A stretch of 64,000 nucleotides of DNA from Octopus sinensis. Lineage: Eukaryota. This document shows positions 52,835 to 64,000 of the stretch, piece after piece (positions within the stretch are counted from its first letter, which is position 1; each line of letters opens with the position of its first letter). The notes under the pieces are model-generated. The model searched no databases, was not told the DNA's origin, and was given only the letters and a program-made list of their open reading frames with translations. The translations under genes were made by a program, and so were the position numbers. Location of the stretch: assembly GCF_006345805.1 (NCBI RefSeq), contig NC_042997.1:89900001-89964000 (forward strand), given 5' to 3'.

Positions 52835-53230
52835 CTGTTAATCAGAAGAAGAAAGTATGTCTTGTAATTGATGTGACATGTACATTTGAAACCAGAGACA
52901 AGAAAATAGAGAAAAAAAAAAAGATTATTATACTTGATTTCAAGTATGAAGTTCTCAAGTTATGGATTAAAGAAGTTGACAAGGTTATGATCTAACCAAT
53001 TATCATTGGGTATTTGGGAGCTGTGATGAAGAATTTGAAAGTAAAACCTTGGAAAGTTATATCCTAATCTGAAAGTAAGAGCAGTGCAGAAAACGTGTTT
53101 CTCAGGCCAGCAAGAATTATCTGCCAAGTCCTTGAAGTCCTTGATACAGATATGATCAGTATGGAAGGACCTTAATAGAAGGAACACGGATGCTTCTGAT
53201 GGTAGACCATAGGTTGTGATCTCATAATAA
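52835..53230 (+). mobile_element. RLE-type (R2 superfamily, R4/Dong-like) non-LTR retrotransposon 3' end
   Basis: Reads VNQKKKVCLVIDVTCTFE...KYEVLKLW...VMI*PIIIGYLGAV...VQKTCF..ARII.QVL, the restriction-like endonuclease C-terminal signature. Confidence 0.78.
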
Positions 53231-53297
53231 ATAAAACTAATCATGTTTATAGTGTCAATACATTGCAACATAATGATGATGATGATGATGATGATAG

Positions 53298-53375
53298 CTC
53301 TGATGCAATACCAGGATGCCCTGATACAATACCAGGATGTCCTGATGCAACACCAAGATGTCCTGATGCAATACC
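53298..53375. repeat. 21-bp minisatellite, about 4 copies
   Basis: ctgatgcaataccaggatgcc and variants in tandem. Confidence 0.85.
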
Positions 53376-54022
53376 TGGCAGTGGCTCTTCTAATCTTAAC
53401 TGATTGGAATTGTTATCATGTACATGTTTTGTCTTGGTGTAAAAGATGGGCTACAGCAAATATTTTGCTCAATACCACAGATTTGTTTGTCACTTGCTTG
53501 GCCGTAACCAGTTGAGCATGTCCCTTAGTGGCTGACGATATGTGCATCTTTGATCACAAGCAGGTGCAGTGGGGAAACATCATAGCCAATGTGTTGAGAG
53601 GAATTCTTTGGTGCTTGAATAGTTCACCCCTGGAAACATGGGTGATTTGTTCATCATCCTTAAATAACCCTTATTCAGGGACATTTTGAGTGGGATGGGC
53701 TACTTGACCTGAAGAAAATTCTAACTGGGCTCCACCTGCAAGGCCATGCACTCTTTGATTATCTTGATATGATTATGTCTTGCACGTATAGTTGTGATGC
53801 ATATGCCTGGTGTATCCTTATCAGGCAAGTAAGGAATCAGTGTTCAACAGGCACTGATTTTATTGACCCTGGAAAGATGAAAGACAAAATCAGCCTCAGT
53901 AGCATCTGAACTCAGAACATAAATCTTGAAGAAATGCTGCTAAGCATTTTGTTTGGCATGGTAATGTTTCTGCCTGTTCACCACTATGATGATGATGATG
54001 ATAATAATAATAAGAAGAAGGA

Positions 54023-54062
<40 letters not shown>

Positions 54063-54826
54063 TTCAAATTTTGGTACAAGGCCAGCATTTATTTTTAGAG
54101 AGAGGGAATTAGCTGATTACATTGACCCCAGTGCTTGACTAGTACTTTATTTTCTTGATCCCTAGTTGATCTTGGCAGTATTTGAACTCTGAACATAAAT
54201 AGCCAGAAGAATTTTCTTTTCTCATTTCACAGTTAGTTACATTTCTGGACAAGAAAAAAAAAACCAAAACCAAAAACACACACAAATATTCTAACAATGC
54301 TTAATGAAAATGTTTTTACAACACAAATCCGAATTTGGCTATATTCTGGAACTTGCTATATTTTTCCTTATAAGGTAATCTGTCAGTGTCTTTACTGAAA
54401 TAATTGTTTATAAATTCAAGTTGACCAATAAAAAAAATGAGATGATGGATACATTTCTTAATTAAATACCACACTATGTTCCATTTCAAAGCTAAATCAA
54501 TCGAATTCTTTAGCTTTTCTACTCATGTCTGCAAAACATTATAGTTATTGTGTACATTAATGTCATTTATTTCAGCAGATTATAATGTGATGTTATGGTT
54601 TGTGTTTTATATGTAGTCATTTGAGATAGAATGTAGTTATGTAGGGGTTGAGCTTAGTACTCTGCCTCTTCTTATTTTGCTGCTTCTTTATATGAGAGCT
54701 GAAATCTAAATATTTAGGTATTTACCATCTTTGGAAATAGAATAAATAATAATCACAACCTTAAAAAAATATTTTTGTTAATTTTATTAATTCTTGTATA
54801 TTTATTATTACAATTATCTATTTCAG

Positions 54827-54946
54827 ATGTTCAAACCATTGACACATGCCAAGCCATGTTTTTACCAATTGCAGCTTCAGTTTCTCTCTTGGTTATGTTT
54901 TTGTTCTTTGATTCCTTACAAATGGTTTTTGCAATCTGCACAGCCA
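54827..54946 (+). CDS. SPPL3: SPPL3 coding exon (exon 4 equivalent), 120 nt, phase 1/1
   Basis: Acceptor ctatttcag|, donor |gtaagt at 54947. Encodes [39 protein letters not shown], matching recalled SPPL3 [39 protein letters not shown] (track ORF 54775..55008). Confidence 0.95.
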
Positions 54947-55650
54947 GTAAGTACAAAAGATTTATTCTTTTTGTATTATGTGAATTGTATGCATATATGT
55001 GTGTCTAGCTATGTTTATATTCCTGTCTCACGTATAAGATGTATTCAATACTAGCTTATTTGACATCAGACTTTTTTTTACATTTCTCTTGTTTTTCCCT
55101 ACTTTCTCTGTTTATGTGTGTGAGCATATTTCTGATTGTGTATGAGTAGAAAGAAATTAATAAATTGTAATTTCTCTCTCTCCCTCCCTCTCTCTTTATA
55201 TATATATTTGTATGTGTATATATCCTTGTGCAGGTGTATGTATGTTTGCCTCTAGTTCTAAAATGTACTGTCTGCAAAACAGGTTCATTGTCCAGTCAGC
55301 TGTGCCAAATCACCAGCATTCAAACAGTTGTGCGCAATAATCTCATTCTGCCCTTTCTCTGTACATTTATCTGTGTCTGAGTGCATAGATATCTTTGAAC
55401 AGATGCAAGTACACCCACTTACATACGCATAGACACAGTATGGATGAATGGTTAAGAAGGTCTCTTTGCAATCACTAAGTGCTGGGTTTAGTTCAACTGT
55501 ATGGTATCTTGGGTAAATGTCTTTTATCATAGAATCAAGTGGGCTCAAGACTTGTTAAGTGTAACTGAGTAGATGGAAACTGTGTGGAAGCTTGTGAAAT
55601 GGATTGATTATATCTGTAATTTTAAGTTCCAGCTTATCACACTGAGAATA

Positions 55651-55897
55651 GCTATGCAGTGGATTGAACCCAGAACCATGTGGTTGGGAAGCAAACATCT
55701 TAGCACACAACCACATCTGCTCCTGTATATATGCACATGTGTGCAATTATGTGCATTTTTATGTTGGTATATATATATTTATGTGTATACTTACCTATGT
55801 CTATGTTCCTGTGTATGTACAAGAGTGTGCATCTAAACACACCTCATTAATGTGTGTAGTATAGTTGTTAGAATAACAATATATACTGTAAATGTGT
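55651..55897. repeat. Dispersed direct duplication (about 240 bp) of 57500-57735
   Basis: A partial SINE plus adjacent unique sequence, near-identical, about 1.85 kb apart. Confidence 0.88.
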
Positions 55898-56879
55898 CAG
55901 TGAAATGTCCAGCTCTTACATGCTAAATCAATGAGTAGATGGTTCACATGTTTAAATAACTGAATACTCATACTTTTTCCAACTAACGTGGTTTTGGGTT
56001 CAGTCCCATAGCATGCTACCTTGGACAAGTGTCTTCTATTGTAGCCACAAACTGACAAAAGCCTTGTAAATGGATTTTGGTAAATGGAAACTGAAAGAAG
56101 CCCATTGTATGCACACACACACACAAATTTTAAGTTAGAAGCAGCTCTATGATGTAAGCACTATTGATGTCACTTATTGTATATGTGTTAAATGCTTTTA
56201 CGCTGCTGTGTTTCATCCAGAGAAAGTCCCTTTGAAGATGTAGAATGTTTAAAAAATGCTGTATAGTTCAAAACCAGGTGAAATCGATCATCCCTGTCAT
56301 ACTTGTTCATCTCCAGGTTGATTCATTTTACTTGCCTTTTACATATGGTGTCTTTTAAAACACTGTCTTTAAAGAGACCTTCTTTGGACAAAATACTGCT
56401 GCTTCCAAGTATTTAAAGACACAAACGCAATGTGTCATCAATAATATATACTAGCATTTATATTTCAATATGCAAATATGATTCAGGTGTCTGAGTGTAG
56501 GAAGTTTGTAAGCCTCAGGCAGTAGGTGGTTATTATAGAGAACAAAAAGTGGATAGTGTGCAATAAGATACAATAACAATTTTTTGGCATTAAGTGTTAC
56601 ATACTTTTTCTCATATCAAGGTTATAAAGAATTCCAATCAGTTGGTAGTTTCTATACAACTCACTGTTAGCAACTAATGCTGCTAAAGATGTGAATAAAA
56701 TTCCAAATTTAAAGGAGTGGAATAGGTAAAATGTAAGCTTCATATGTTTCTTAACTAACTGAAACTCATTATGCAACTATTGTACAACAAATTTTCCTCA
56801 AGTCATCAGGCTGAAATTTCAACCAAATGAAACATGTAGCTTACATTTTACTTGTTCCACTTCTTTAAATTTGGTTTAA

Positions 56880-56931
<52 letters not shown>

Positions 56932-59744
56932 ATCTGTATGTGTTTGTGTTCTCCACTGCCACTTGGAGTTGGTTTGTTTACTGCACTGTAACTTAGCAGT
57001 TTGGCAAAAATGACTGATAGAATAAATACCAGGCTTAAAAAAAATAAATACTGGAGTCGATTTATTGGCAGCAGTCAAAAGACTGAAACATGCAAGTGAA
57101 TCTGTGTGTAAATGTATTCATATATATTATCATCATCATTTAACATCTACTTTTCCATGCTAGCATGCATTGGATGGAATTTGTTGAGGCAGATTATCTG
57201 TGGCTGGATGCCCTCCCTATTGCCAACCTTCACCTGTTTCCAAATAAAGTAATATTTTCCTCATGACCAGACATTTTTGCAGAAAATTGAAAATGAAAGG
57301 TACTGTTTGTGTTATGATGAAACTCATTTTATAACTATCAGATGATGTCAGGGCAAGGAATCAGTATTATGCAAGTATGCATGTGCACCCCCCCCACTCA
57401 TATTTATGCATAATGATGTACTTACAGTTTTTATCTACCAAATCCACTCACAAGGCTTTGGTCAGTTTGAAGCTATAATAGAATGTATTTGCCCAATGTG
57501 CTATGCAGTGGATTGAACCCAGGAACCATATGGTTGGGAAGCTAACATCTTAGCACACAACCACATCTACACCTGTATGTATGCACATGTGTGCAATTAT
57601 GTGCATATTTATGTTGGTATATATATTTATGTGTATACTTACCTATGTCTATGTTCTTGTGTATGTGCATCTAAACACACCTCATTAATGTGTGTAGTAT
57701 AGTTGTTAGAATAACAATATATACTGTAAATGTGTTCACTGGTTATTAGATTCAGAACCTTAATGGAATCATTTTGCCAGGAATATACATAAATAAATTA
57801 AAATGCTCACCATTTTATTCAGCAGCTGTTACAATCATATTTGTAATTGGAAAAAATTAACATGAAAATGAAAAATGTTGGTTGTTTTTTTTACTTTATT
57901 TTGTTCTCTTTTAGTTGTTCAGGTAGGTTGTAACTGCTCTATTGTTCCTTTGTTGTACGTTGCAATATTGACTATTATAGATCTACAAAACCAATGTGTA
58001 AACAACCAGTTCAAACAAAAATTAAGTTTGTACATTTAGAAGACAACAAAGGGTCTTGAAAGGGGTGTAGAAAGTAGGTGTTATTCGATATTTTCAGCCA
58101 ATAATGAATACTGACATCATAAACCTTTTGTTAATTTTATTAAAAAATGTAAGTGTACTTGGGGGTATTTTAAATCTCATCCTGGTCTTTTTATATATGT
58201 ATCAATTAAATATTGTAATTGGTTGCCTTTCAACCACATGGTTTTTGGTTCAGTTCTACTGTGTGGCACCTTTAGCATGTGTCTTCCACTATAGCCCCAG
58301 GTTGACCAAAGAATTGTGAGTGGATTTAGCCCATTGTGTGTGTTTCTTTGTCTCAACCTCATGTGATAGTTGTGAGTCTCACTGTCATACAGGCAGTATC
58401 ATTCATTTCAATATTCTGTGAGAGTATGTCTAGTCATGGGGAAATATTACCTTGCTTGGAAGCAGGTGAGAGTTGGTGACTGAAAGAGCATCTGTCCATA
58501 GAAAACCTGCCTCAAGAAATTCTGTCCAACCCATGCTAGCATGGAAAAGTGGACATTAAAATGATGATTAGGATCACTGATTGGTTCCCCAGCATAGCCA
58601 CATTCCAGTGATCAAAGCCAGTGAAAGTAAAAAAAGATCTAACTTTAAGTGTTAAAACTGCATTGAATTGTGGAAATAGACTTTTGGCAGGGAAGTGAGT
58701 ACTAATTAAGAAAATGAGATTAATATGATAATTAACTTTATAAAAGAAAATTACTTCCCAACATGACTGTTTGTTTGATCTCTGTGTTCCACAAGTACAA
58801 GTAAGATTGACATACGAGCAGAAGGTCTGTTTCTGTGAAGCTCTTATGCAAGCTATCCTGTAAATACATGTACAAAAGTTAAGCAGAAAAAAAGAAAAGA
58901 AAAGAGAGACACCCATGTACTGGAGTTGGTTTGATTAATGACACCCCACTTCCCAAAATAAATGAACAGACATCTAGTTTAAAAATCATTATTGTTACTA
59001 TGTCTTTTGAATACATGTTCTCCTATATTATGTTCTCCAGTGTCATTCGGTAACCCTAACCTACAATAGACTTATCATTAGTAGGATTGTTATATTATAA
59101 TATGCAGTCTTTTCTTAATAGTATGTTTCGGGACTCACTAATTGTGAGTCACTTATTTAAAATATTTCTTTCTCTTTTAACTGCTCTAAATTCTTCTGTA
59201 ATAATTAGGACAGTTCTTTTGGCAATATTCCAAATTTTTGTTCTATTTATTTGAATGGTTCAGATTTTATATTGTCATTATCATTGCTTTTCCAGGCCTA
59301 ATAAAATAAGTATCTTTCAAGTCCTGGGGTTTGATTAAATCACCAAATTTTTACTTGTGTCTACATCCAAGCCATTACTTACCTTTATTAGCCAAAATAC
59401 TATATACTGAGCAATTCTCTATTCGGCATATATAATAAGGATATATCATCACCATCATCAACACTCAATGTCTGTTTTCCATGCTGACATGGGATGGCTG
59501 GCTTGACAGGAACTGGCAAGGCCAGGGCCTACACCAAGTAACATAGTTTGTTTTGACTTGGTTTCTATGGATGGATGCCCTTCCCAATGCCAACCACTTT
59601 ACAGAGAATACTTGGTGCTTTTCATGTGACACCATCACCTGTGCTTTATATGTGGCACCAGCACCAGTGCTTTTGCATGGTGCTTGTACTCATACCAATG
59701 CTTTTTACATGGCACTTTGGTTTTAGGATCTCAATTCTTTTGTG

Positions 59745-59850
59745 GTGGTTAGGTCTTCTCAAGTACAGCAATGCACCACATACCTTGGTCCTCTGTCATC
59801 TCCTTCATAAGGTTCAGTGTTTTGAAATCGGCCTTCAGTACTTCATATCT
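59745..59850 (-). mobile_element. RTE LINE extreme 3' end
   Basis: Minus strand reads EVLKADFKTLNLMKEMTEDQGMWCIAVLEKT*, the same family as 49915-50125. Confidence 0.62.
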
Positions 59851-60441
59851 TTTAATTGTTTCGGTCACAGACTGCTGCAATACTGGGTCACTGCCTTGAA
59901 AGGTTTAATTGAACACCTTGACATCAGTACTTAGTTTTCAAGTCTGTTATTTAGTTGTTTCTTTCAATAAATCCCTATGGTATAGGAATATAAATAAAGC
60001 AACACCAGTTGTCAAATGCTGGGTGGGGCAAGCACAAAGACACGCATGCATGTGCGCACTAATTGCCATGCCATTGGTTACTGTAATGAGTGTACCAGTT
60101 GATCAGATCAGAAGAATGGCCTGCTTGCAAAGTTGACATGCAAGTGGCTGAGCACTCCACAGAAATGCATGCCTTTAATGTGGTTCTCAGGGAGATTCAG
60201 TGTGATACAGAATGGGACACATCCATCCATACATACATACATACATACATACATACATACATAAAACATGGGCTTTCTCTCCCAAATTCACCTACAAACT
60301 ATTGATTGGCCTTGTGGTATAGTACAAGATGCTTACCCATAGCTCTGTGCAGTGGGACTGAACCTGACTACATGTGGTTTGCAAACTGAACTTCTTCACT
60401 ACACAGCCATGCAAAGAGACAACACTACCATTACTGCTGAC

Positions 60442-60484
<43 letters not shown>

Positions 60485-60759
60485 CTCCATATATGTGACA
60501 CCTAACTGGCTCATGTGCTAGTTGCATGTAAAGGGCAGCATTCAAGCATGGTCAATGCTAGTACCACCTGACTGGACCTTGTACTGGTGGAATGTAAAAA
60601 GCACCCACTATACTCTCGGAGTGGTTGGCATTAGGAAGGGCATCTAGATGTAGAAAGCTTGTCAGATGAGATTAGAGCCTGGTACAGCTGTCTGGCTTGC
60701 TATTTCTCAGTCAAACATCAATCCCATGCCAGCATGTGAAGCGGACATTAAAGACGATG

Positions 60760-60764
<5 letters not shown>

Positions 60765-60847
<83 letters not shown>

Positions 60848-60857
60848 TATATATATG

Positions 60858-60902
<45 letters not shown>

Positions 60903-61448
60903 GTATATATATATATGTATATATATGTATATATATATATGTATATATATATATGTATATATATATGTATATATATATAATGTATGTGTATATATGTATG
61001 TATATATGTATATGTATATATATATATGTATATATATATGTATGATATATTGTATATATGTATATGTATATATGTATATATATATATAGTATATATATAT
61101 ATATGTATATATATATGTATATATATATATGTATTATAGATATGTATATATATATATATGTATATATAGATATGTATATATAGATATGTATATATATATG
61201 TATATATATATATGTATATATATATATGTATATAATATATATGTATATATATGTATATATATATATGTATATATATATATGTAATATATATATGTATATA
61301 TATATATGTATATATATATGTGTATATATATGTGTATATATAATATATGTGTATATAATATATTATATATATATATGTATATATATATATGTATTATATA
61401 TATGTATATATATATATGTTATATATATGTTTATAATATGTATATAAA

Positions 61449-61497
<49 letters not shown>

Positions 61498-61950
61498 GTA
61501 TATATATATATGTATATATATATATGTATATATATGTGTGTATATATATATGTGTGTATATATATATGTGTGTATATATATATGTGTGTTATATATATAT
61601 GTGTGTATATATATATATGTGTAGATAATATATGTGTATATAATATGTGTATATATATATGTGTGTATATATATATGTATATATATATGTATATATATAT
61701 GTATATAATATGTATATATATGTATATATATATGTATATATATAGTATATATATATGTATATATATATGTATATATGTTATATATATAGTATATATATAT
61801 GTAATAATATATGTATATATGTATGTATATATGTGTATATATATATATGTATATATATATATGTATATATGTGTATATATATATAATGTATATATGTGTA
61901 TATATATATGTATATATCTATGTATATAGTATATGTATATCAGTATAATG
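60765..61950. repeat. Degenerate (TA)n/(TATATG)n tract of about 1.2 kb
   Basis: Direct; it accounts for all the YIYI ORFs. Confidence 0.95.
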
Positions 61951-62429
61951 TATATGTGATCATCATCATAATTAACGATCCGGTTTCCGCCCTGCTAAGC
62001 ACGGTTGGACGGTTTTCGACCGGGGTAAAAAGGCTCGGGACTGCCCCAGGCTCCAGTCTAGTCTGCAGTGTTCTACAGCTGGATGCCCTTCTAACGCCAA
62101 CCACTCCGCGAGTGTATGGTTTTTTTTACGTGCCAACCTGCACAGGTGCCAAAGGGTCTGGCATCGCCACGTTCGGAGGGTGCTTTTTATGTGGGGGGGG
62201 AGAAAGATAGGGGACACCAGTGGGGAGGTGGTTCAGAGAAATTATGAACAGTCTAGCAATATAAATGTAGGATATCAAGGAGGGGTAATGCATGGTATAA
62301 TAGCGATTGAATATATGGGGTTTTAGAATAGTAGACACCTATAATGGTGGTGGGATAAGCGATATCCGGTATATATGGAGCAAAATATAAAGATATCGGT
62401 ATTGGTGGTGGGGGGGGCAAGGGCGGTGC

Positions 62430-62930
62430 CCCGGAATATGACTGGCTGGCTTAAATGCTTTAGCAAGAAGAGGGGGGTGGCCGACAATTCAAAGAGGAGA
62501 TAAAGGCAATAGTGGAACCCCGCGAAAATGGGCCGCCATTGAAAAAACCCTGTATGTAGAAATATATGCATACAGGCGAAGCTGAATATAATCAGAATCC
62601 ATAATAATAATATAATAATAAAATAAATATAAGTGCGATTTTCGACCGAGGATCACGGGGCCAATACTATGTACTAATTAGTCATAATATAAATAATAAA
62701 CAGCCTCAACCACAACTTAGATTAAAGAGACTCTCTTATCTTGGAACTTCGTTCTTCGCCTAACGGGATAGGACGGGCTGGCTTAAATGCTCTTAGCAAG
62801 GAGAGGGGGATGCAGACAACGTAAAAGAGGTGAGAGCGAGAAGGGAAATAGTGGAACCCCGCGAAAATGGGCCGCCATGAAAAACCCCTGTATGGAGAAT
62901 ATATGCCATCAAGCAAGCTGAAAATATTAC

Positions 62931-62974
<44 letters not shown>

Positions 62975-63606
62975 GCAAGTTTTCACCGAGATCAAGGGAC
63001 AATACTAATAGACTATAATAGTAATATAATAAATACTAACGAGCTCAACCACAACATTAGATTAAAGACTCTCTTATCTTGGGAACATTTCGTTCTCGCC
63101 TGACACGGGAATATGACGGCTGCTTAAATGCTCTTAGCAAAGGAGATGGGGATGCAGACAACGTAAAAGAGGAGAGAGAAGGGAAATAGTGGAACCCCCG
63201 AAATGGGCCGCATTGAAAAAACCCTGTATGGAGAATAATATGCAATACAAGGCGAAGCTGAAAATAGTAATAATATAATAAGGATAATAATTAATCTACT
63301 ATAATAGCAAATTTTCGACCGAGGATCCAAGGACAATCCTATACTACTATAATAGTATATATAAATAATAAACACGCTCAAACACAACATTAATTAGAAT
63401 AGGAAGCCTCTTATCTTGGAACAGTCGTTCTTCTTCGGCCTGACACGGAATATGACGGGCTGCTTAAATTGCTCTTAGCAAGGAGAGGGGGATGGCAGAC
63501 ACAACTTAAAAGAGGAGAGAGAGAAGGGAAAATAGTGGCACCCGCGAAATGGGTCCCGCCATTGAAAAAACCTGTTATGGAGAATAATATCAATCGGCGA
63601 GCTGAA

Positions 63607-63649
<43 letters not shown>

Positions 63650-64000
63650 GGCAATTTTTCGACCGTAAGGATCAAGGACATACTAATACTACTAATAGTA
63701 ATAATAATAAATAATAAACACTCAACCACAACATTAGATAGAAAGACTCTCTTACTGGGAACTTTCGTTCTCGGCCTGACATGGAAAATATGACGGCTGG
63801 CTTAAATGCTCTTAGCAAAGGAAGAGGGGGATGGCAGACAACGAAAAGAGGGAGAGAGAAGGGAATAGTGGAACCCCCTATAAATCGGGCCGCATTGAAA
63901 AACCCGTATGGAGAAATATATGCAATACAAGGCGAAGCTGAAATATAGTAATAATACCATAATAATAATAATAATAATAATACTAAATAATATGCAAATT
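62430..64000. repeat. Tandem satellite of about 340 bp with internal (AAT)n, about 4.6 copies, running off the window
   Basis: Marker aaatgct(c)ttagca at 62453, 62785, 63126, 63466 and 63804 (periods 332-341). Copies differ mostly by single-base indels. Confidence 0.9.

Noticed and set aside
53243-53515. ORF with poly-Met and QYQD heptads resembling a coiled coil
   Set aside because: Explained by a (GAT)n microsatellite plus a 21-bp minisatellite.
53385-53830. Sequence I recall as a common octopus dispersed repeat
   Set aside because: Single copy in this window with no diagnostic ends, so it cannot be supported without a search.
60666-61929. Long YIYI/CIYM ORFs (up to 207 aa)
   Set aside because: Translation of a (TA)n/(TATATG)n tract, which lacks stop codons in some frames.
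62640-62670. Possible hammerhead ribozyme core on the minus strand (cttgatcctcggtcgaaa)
   Set aside because: CGAAA is present, but CTGANGA and a stem II are absent in all four copies read.

Overview
AT-rich eukaryotic genomic DNA packed with repeats. The SINE repertoire and microsatellite load suggest a coleoid cephalopod, probably Octopus (inferred from recalled repeat families, not searched). The only host gene I can support is SPPL3 (signal peptide peptidase-like 3, a GxGD intramembrane aspartyl protease) on the + strand. Three internal coding exons (775-852, 16987-17069, 54827-54946) splice in frame to ...[93 protein letters not shown]..., separated by introns of about 16.1 kb and 37.8 kb. 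The first exon and the downstream exons lie outside the window. Nearly all other ORF-track entries are microsatellite, SINE or transposon noise. The introns hold a TTAA-flanked, internally deleted piggyBac with a 170-aa transposase N-terminus, two piggyBac-type MITE families, four mariner relics, RTE and RLE-type LINE fragments, at least five SINE-like families, several fold-back hairpins, minisatellites, a 1.2-kb TA tract and a terminal satellite of about 340 bp. Sequence after about 60,760 looks like unpolished long-read data. I found no convincing new protein-coding system. The best leads are structural: a MITE palindrome next to a splice acceptor, long hairpins, repeat-on-repeat targeting, a SINE trimer and the terminal satellite. 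Repeat boundaries were read by eye and are approximate unless terminal repeats or target-site duplications are quoted.
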